Positions 59,035-64,000 of a DNA stretch of 64,000 bases are shown here, piece after piece. The stretch covers positions 124,001 through 188,000 of the forward strand of contig NC_058369.1 in assembly GCF_018350175.1 (NCBI RefSeq), written 5' to 3'. The position numbers and the translations under genes are program-made. Source of the stretch: Felis catus (taxonomy: Eukaryota). Numbering within the stretch: position 1 is the first letter of the stretch; every line of letters begins with the position of its first letter. The notes under the pieces are model-generated. The model was not told the DNA's origin. It saw only the letters and a program-made list of their open reading frames with translations, and made no database searches.

Positions 59035-60433
59035 TTTTTTTTTTTAATGTTTTTAGTATTTATTTTTAAGACAGAGCGTGAGTGGGGGAGGGGCAGAGAG
59101 AGGAAGACACAATCAGAAGCGGGCTCCAGGCTCTGAGCTGTCAGCACAGAGCCTGACGCGGGGCTGGAACTCCAGGACTGTGAGATCATGAGCTGAGCTG
59201 AAGTCAGACGCCTAACCGACTGAGCCACCCAGGCGCCCCTGGTTCTAAGTGATTTTTGATTCCTAAAGAGAACATCTCAAGCCAGTGGTGAGGTTTGCCT
59301 AGTTGGAAATTGAACAGAAGGGCCAGGCCCTGGGAGTCCACCAGCAGTGCCTTGGTTGTGCCTACAGAGAGGCTTAGTGGCGAGTGGGGGTGCGCTCTTG
59401 ACCTTCCGGAAGAAGGTGCCGTTCAGGACGGGGCAGCTGGAGCCAGCAGGCCCTGCCCCGGTGGGAGGTGCCCACCTCGGATGGCCCTGCCTTGATGGGA
59501 GGAGGGTTGGGGGGTTCTGCAGGGGCCTCCAGGGAATGGCGGCTGGGACTGTGCTAGATTCACTTGTTTATTTATTTGTTTATTTATTTTTGAGAGAGTA
59601 TGTGAGCAGGGGAGGGGCAGAGGGAGAAGAACTTTTTTTTTTTTTTATGTTTATTTTGAGAGAGAGAAAATCCCAAGCAGGCTCTGCTCTGTCAGCACAG
59701 AGCCCGACATGGGGCTCGAACTCCTCTGAGCTGTGCAAGTATGACCTCAGGCAAAATCAGAAGTCAGATGCTTACCTGACTGAATCACCCAGGTACCCCC
59801 AGTAGATTTATCTTTTTTTTTTTCTTTTAATTTTTTTTTCTTAATGTTTACTTATTCTGAGAGTGAGAGCATGAGCAGGGGAGGGGCAGAAAGAGGGAAA
59901 GAGAGAATCCCAAGTAGGCTCTGTGTTGTCAGCGCAGACTCCTGTGTGGTGTTTCATTTCCCCAACTGTGAGACCTGAGCTGAAATCAAAAGTCAGAGGC
60001 TTAACTGACTGAGCCACCCAGGCGCCCTTAGACTTATCTTTTTTTTTTTTTAACATTTTTTTTTTTTTAACATTTACTCATTATTGAGAGACAGACACAG
60101 GATGTGAGCAGGGCAGGGCAGGGGTAGAGAGAGAGGGAGACACAGAATCTGAAGCAAGTTCCAGGCTCCAGGCTGTCAGCACAGAGCCCGACGCGGGGCT
60201 CGAACTCCTGAACCATGAGATCATGACCTGAGTCGAAGTCAGTCGCCCAACCGATGGAGCCACCCAGGTACCCCAGATTTATCTTTTAAAAGAGGAATTT
60301 CGGAGGTGCCTGGGGGTGCTGAGTCAGTTAAGAGTCCGACTCTTGGTTTCAGCTCAGGTCATGATCTCGCGGTGTGTGAGTTCAAGCCCCGCATCAGGCT
60401 CCATGCTGACAGTGTGGAGCCTGCTTGGGATAT

Positions 60434-60475
<42 letters not shown>

Positions 60476-60735
60476 CCTCCCCCACTCACTCTCTCTCTCT
60501 CTCATAAATAAATAAAACTTAAAAAAAATTAGAAAATAAAAAAAAGAGTCCAACTTCAGCTCAGGTCATGATCTCACAGCTCGTGAGTTCGAGCCCCGCG
60601 TCGGGCTCTGCGCTGACAGCTCGGAGCCTGGATCCTGCTTCTCATTCTGTGTCTCCCTCTCTCTCTGCCCCTCCCCCACTCACAGTCTGTCTGTCTTTCT
60701 CAAAAATAAATAAACATTAAAAAAAAAACTTTTTT
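59035..60735. mobile_element. Cluster of about 7 CanSINEs in BSG intron 1
   Basis: Minus copies 59040-59238 (TSD ctggttctaagtgattttt), about 59570-59800 (nested), 59810-60028, 60040-60274; plus copies 60302-60545 and 60548-60735. Confidence 0.9.
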
Positions 60736-61130
60736 AACACAAAAGGAATTTCAGGTCTGTGCTGGGCTGGACCCAGCAGTCCATGTCTTGGCCAGGTTCT
60801 GGGGCCCTTATTGGCTTTTGTTTCCAACACCTGAGGCCCAGCTGGTTAGAATGTTTCCCGACAGAACCTTCATCGAGCCCTCTTCTCTGCAGCAGTAGCT
60901 CTGCAGACCCCAGGCTCCTTTAACTCCACAGAAGGTGTCCTTCCAGAAGGAGCCAGGTGTGATTCAGGACTCCTCTCCTCTGGGCCGGCTCAGGACAGTG
61001 TGGATGGCCTGGGGTGTCCGGGCCATTGCACGCTTGCCACAGGGACAAGTGGGCAGGTGGTTCAGGGTCCTGGGTTTGGGTCCTTTCTTTCCCTGACCTT
61101 TTGCCAATGTTCTCTCCTGTGGCCACCTAG

Positions 61131-61287
61131 GGAGCGGGATCTGGACATCTGTAGATGATGCTGGCTCCAAAACACGCCTTACCTGTGCCTTGAACCACAG
61201 CACCACTGAGATCATCGGCCACCGCTGGGTGAAGGCGGGCAAGGTGCTGAAGGAAGACGCGCTGCCCGACCTGAAGACAGAGTATGA
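61131..61287 (+). CDS. BSG: BSG Ig1 exon A
   Basis: SGIWTSVDDAGSKTRLTCALNHSTTEIIGHRWVKAGKVLKEDALPDLKTEY-E; 157 nt. Confidence 0.95.
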
Positions 61288-62005
61288 GTGAGTGGGGCCT
61301 GCCTCAGGGCCCGCAAACACACCGGGCCCCATCTCAGCCTGCAGGCGTCACCCCCCAGGCCCCTTCCTGCCCCTGCTCCCACACCGTGTTGCTGCTCACG
61401 GCCTCTCTGGTCAATCAGAACTGGGGTTGTAGTCGGCGGGCCTGCTTTGGACAGACGTTAGACACAAGCTCTGCTCAGATCCCTCAGTGTGAGAAGCCCA
61501 GGCTTCTGGGGTCTGAGGTGGCCAAGGCCTGGCATCCAGCGAGGGTCCCCTGGCTGCTGAATGTAAGGCTGGACTCCAAGACCCTTCCCTTCTTTCTCCG
61601 GGGTGCCGGCTGAGGAGGGCAGGCAGACCTGGGGTCTCCCAGCCCGGAATCCCCAAGCACCTGGCTCCCTGAGGCCTTGGGACCTCTGTGCCACCCTGCT
61701 CTGAAGCCTTGGTCTTAGTCGATGCCTGAGCCAGCTCCAGAACCAGAGTCTGGTTTCAGGGGTGACTGGGCACCGGGTCAGTCAGTGGGGGGGGCCGGTT
61801 CCATCTGCCACCCATGCCTCCTCGTCTCTCCCTGACGGGAAGCGGGCAGCCTGTGCCCTCGTGCCCTGCAGGGACTCCCGAGTGTGGCCTTGCTCTGCCC
61901 CCGGTGGGAGTCCCCTGCTGCTCGCAGAGGTTTGAACTTCACCGAGGACAGGATGGCGTCCGTCCCCACCACGAGCCCTGCTCATTGCTGCGCGTCCGTT
62001 TGCAG

Positions 62006-62088
62006 GGTGGACCTGGATGACCGCTCTGGTGAGTACTGGTGCGTCTTCCTCCCAGAGCAAGCAGGCAAGACCAGCATCGAGGTGAAGG
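62006..62088 (+). CDS. BSG: BSG Ig1 exon B
   Basis: VDLDDRSGEYWCVFLPEQAGKTSIEVK-G; 83 nt. Confidence 0.95.
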
Positions 62089-62209
62089 GTGAGCTCTGGG
62101 GGCCCTCGGGGGCGTCTGGGGCGGGGGCCGGAAAGACCCCCCAGAGAGGGACAGCTCCTCCTCCAGGGTCATGGGCTCAGGCTCCTGCCTTGCTCGGTTA
62201 CCCCTGTAG

Positions 62210-62346
62210 GGCTCCCCAACATCAAGGCCGTGAAGAAGTCCGAGCATGCCACCGAGAGGGAGTCGGTCGTGCTAGGCTGCAAGTCTGACTCCTTCCCCCC
62301 GGTCAGCGACTGGGTGTGGTACAAGATGGAAAGCTCTGGTGACCAG
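62210..62346 (+). CDS. BSG: BSG Ig2 exon A
   Basis: LPNIKAVKKSEHATERESVVLGCKSDSFPPVSDWVWYKMESSGDQ; 137 nt. Confidence 0.95.
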
Positions 62347-62422
62347 GTGAGGCCCACGCCTGCCGGGGGAAGAGCTGGCCTCCGCCCCGGCCCCAGCCCC
62401 TACAAAGTCCGCCCACCCCCAG

Positions 62423-62699
62423 GTCATCAGCAACAGCTCCCAGAACAAATTCTTCGTGGTGTCCTCGGAGACGAAGACGGAACTGCACATCTTGAGCCTG
62501 GACCTGGAGACGGACCCCGGCAGGTACGCCTGCAACGGCACCAACTCGGAGGGCACCAGCCAGGCCGTTGTCACGCTGCGCGTGCGAAACCGCTTTGCCG
62601 CCCTCTGGCCGTTCCTGGGCATCGTGGCCGAGGTGCTGGTGCTGGTCACTGTGATCTTCATCTATGAGAAGCGACGGAAGCCGGACGAGGTCCTGGACG
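62423..62699 (+). CDS. BSG: BSG Ig2 exon B plus transmembrane helix
   Basis: VISNSSQNKFFVVSSE...YACNGTN...LRVRNRFAALWPFLGIVAEVLVLVTVIFIYEKRRKPDEVLD; conserved intramembrane Glu; 277 nt. Confidence 0.97.
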
Positions 62700-63221
62700 G
62701 TGAGCCCACAGGCCCTTTGCTCGCTGTGCGGGGGGGGGGGGGGAGGTGGGGGCAGGCCACTGTCCGGGAGTGCGGGACAGAGGAGGGCGCTGTGGGGTCA
62801 AACGGGTCCCCGGCTGGAGGTCTGCTCGCCTGTTGCCTGGTCTGCCCCGCTGTCTTCCCTCACTCGGCTGCAGGTGGGTGACCTCCGAGGGGAGTGGCTG
62901 TCCTCTTGGCTGCTCTGCCCCTGCCCATGGCGGCTGCTGAGGGCCCAAGGGTTGTAGGCACCAAGCATGCTCTTGACTTTGCACGTGACGGAGCTCAGGA
63001 AAGCTGAGCTTGGCCCCTGCCTGGCTCCTGCGGGCCGAGTTTGTGGGGAGCGGGCAGGGCTCCCAGGCACCCCTTGGGCCATGACCCCAGACAGCTCATT
63101 TTGAGGATGCACGTGCTGAGGGCAGCGCCCAGCAGGACCGGTGCCAGCCCACGAGGGGCCTTGTCCCGGACACTTCCTGATGGCCTGTCCTCTCTCTACA
63201 TGTGGCCGCGCGTCTGCACAG

Positions 63222-63246
63222 ATGAGGACACCGGCTCCGCTCCTCT
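63222..63246 (+). CDS. BSG: BSG 25-nt cytoplasmic micro-exon
   Basis: tgcacag|ATGAGGACACCGGCTCCGCTCCTCT|GTAAGT = DEDTGSAP-L. Confidence 0.92.
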
Positions 63247-63406
63247 GTAAGTCGTGGCCTTGCTGGGCTAGCAGGCAGGCAGTGTTCCCCGGGCAGGGCC
63301 TGGAGGGGCTGCTGGCCTGGATAGCCTGCACCCTGCACGTGGTGGGTGGGAGCAGGGACACCGTTGTGTCTTCCCGAGCGTCCGTCAGCCCTCTGTCCCT
63401 CCCCAG

Positions 63407-63467
63407 GAAGAGCAGCGGGCACATCAACGACAAAGGCAAGAACGTTCGCCAGAGGAACGCCAACTGA
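63407..63467 (+). CDS. BSG: BSG last coding exon
   Basis: KSSGHINDKGKNVRQRNAN*, donor 1 nt after the stop; spliced CDS 807 nt = 268 aa. Confidence 0.95.
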
Positions 63468-63580
63468 GGTGAGGAGGGGCAGGGGGGAGGGGAGGGAGGA
63501 CTACCCCTCCCCATCCCCCCCCACCCCCCCCCCACTCAGCTTCGGGCTGCTGTCTGAGCGTCTGTCCTGCCCCCACACAG

Positions 63581-64000
63581 GCCTCCAGCCTCTGTCCGGA
63601 GCAGCTCAGTGACTGCTGTTCGCAGAGTCCACGTTCTTTCCTCTTAAAGGAGACCCGCCCCACAAAAGCAGACCACGCTGTGGGTCAGCTCACGTTTCTT
63701 TCCTTTTTAAAACTAAACTAGGGTTTTCTACATGTAGAATTCCATTCTTTAGGAGTTTTGGTTTTCCTTTTTAAATGTTTTGTGAGCGCCTTGAGGAAGC
63801 CATGAGCTTCCGGTGAGATTACTGGTGCCCTCTGCCCATCCCCTCGCTGCCCACTTGTCCCCTCGCTGTCCTCCCCCCCCCCACACACACACGCAGACAC
63901 CTGTCCCTCCCGTCCCCCCAGCCCATCCCCTCGGCATCCCACCCCACCTTGGGGGTTATGAAGGGCAGACTGGCCTTCTTGTGGGGCTCTACCTCCTGAG
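63581..64000 (+). other. BSG: BSG terminal non-coding (3'UTR) exon, runs off the window
   Basis: Acceptor ccccacacag| at 63580 after the short intron that follows the stop. Confidence 0.75.

Noticed and set aside
6169-60735. tRNA-like A/B boxes as tRNA genes
   Set aside because: All belong to tRNA-derived CanSINE heads with (CT)n bodies, A-tails and TSDs
63465-63470. BSG stop codon upstream of a final intron as an NMD trigger
   Set aside because: The stop is 1 nt from the junction, well inside the 50-nt rule; this is the normal BSG structure

Overview
GC-rich mammalian genomic DNA from a felid (abundant feliform CanSINE/SINEC_Fc tRNA-derived SINEs), syntenic to human 19p13.3. Gene order: CIMAP1D/ODF3L2 (minus strand; first three coding exons, last coding exon lies beyond the window start), MADCAM1 (+, 5 exons, 380 aa), TPGS1 (+, 2 exons, about 291 aa, part of exon 1 in an N-gap), CDC34 (+, 5 exons, 236 aa), a degraded GZMM remnant (+), and BSG/CD147 (+, 7 coding exons, 268-aa two-Ig isoform). 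Three loss or decay signals stand out: (1) GZMM is a pseudogene; (2) BSG intron 1 has no intact retina-specific Ig0 exon, only a weak possible remnant; (3) an orphan housekeeping-type CpG-island promoter at about 12.4-13.1 kb is followed by coding-like, splice-bounded segments that look like a decayed gene I cannot identify. There are also a 40-bp MIR-like minisatellite, GC-shifted old L1/MLT1 copies and dense inverted SINE clusters. Gene identities and cross-species comparisons rest on recalled protein sequences and hand translation; no alignments were run. Most ORFs in the supplied track are chance ORFs of GC-rich DNA or repeats.
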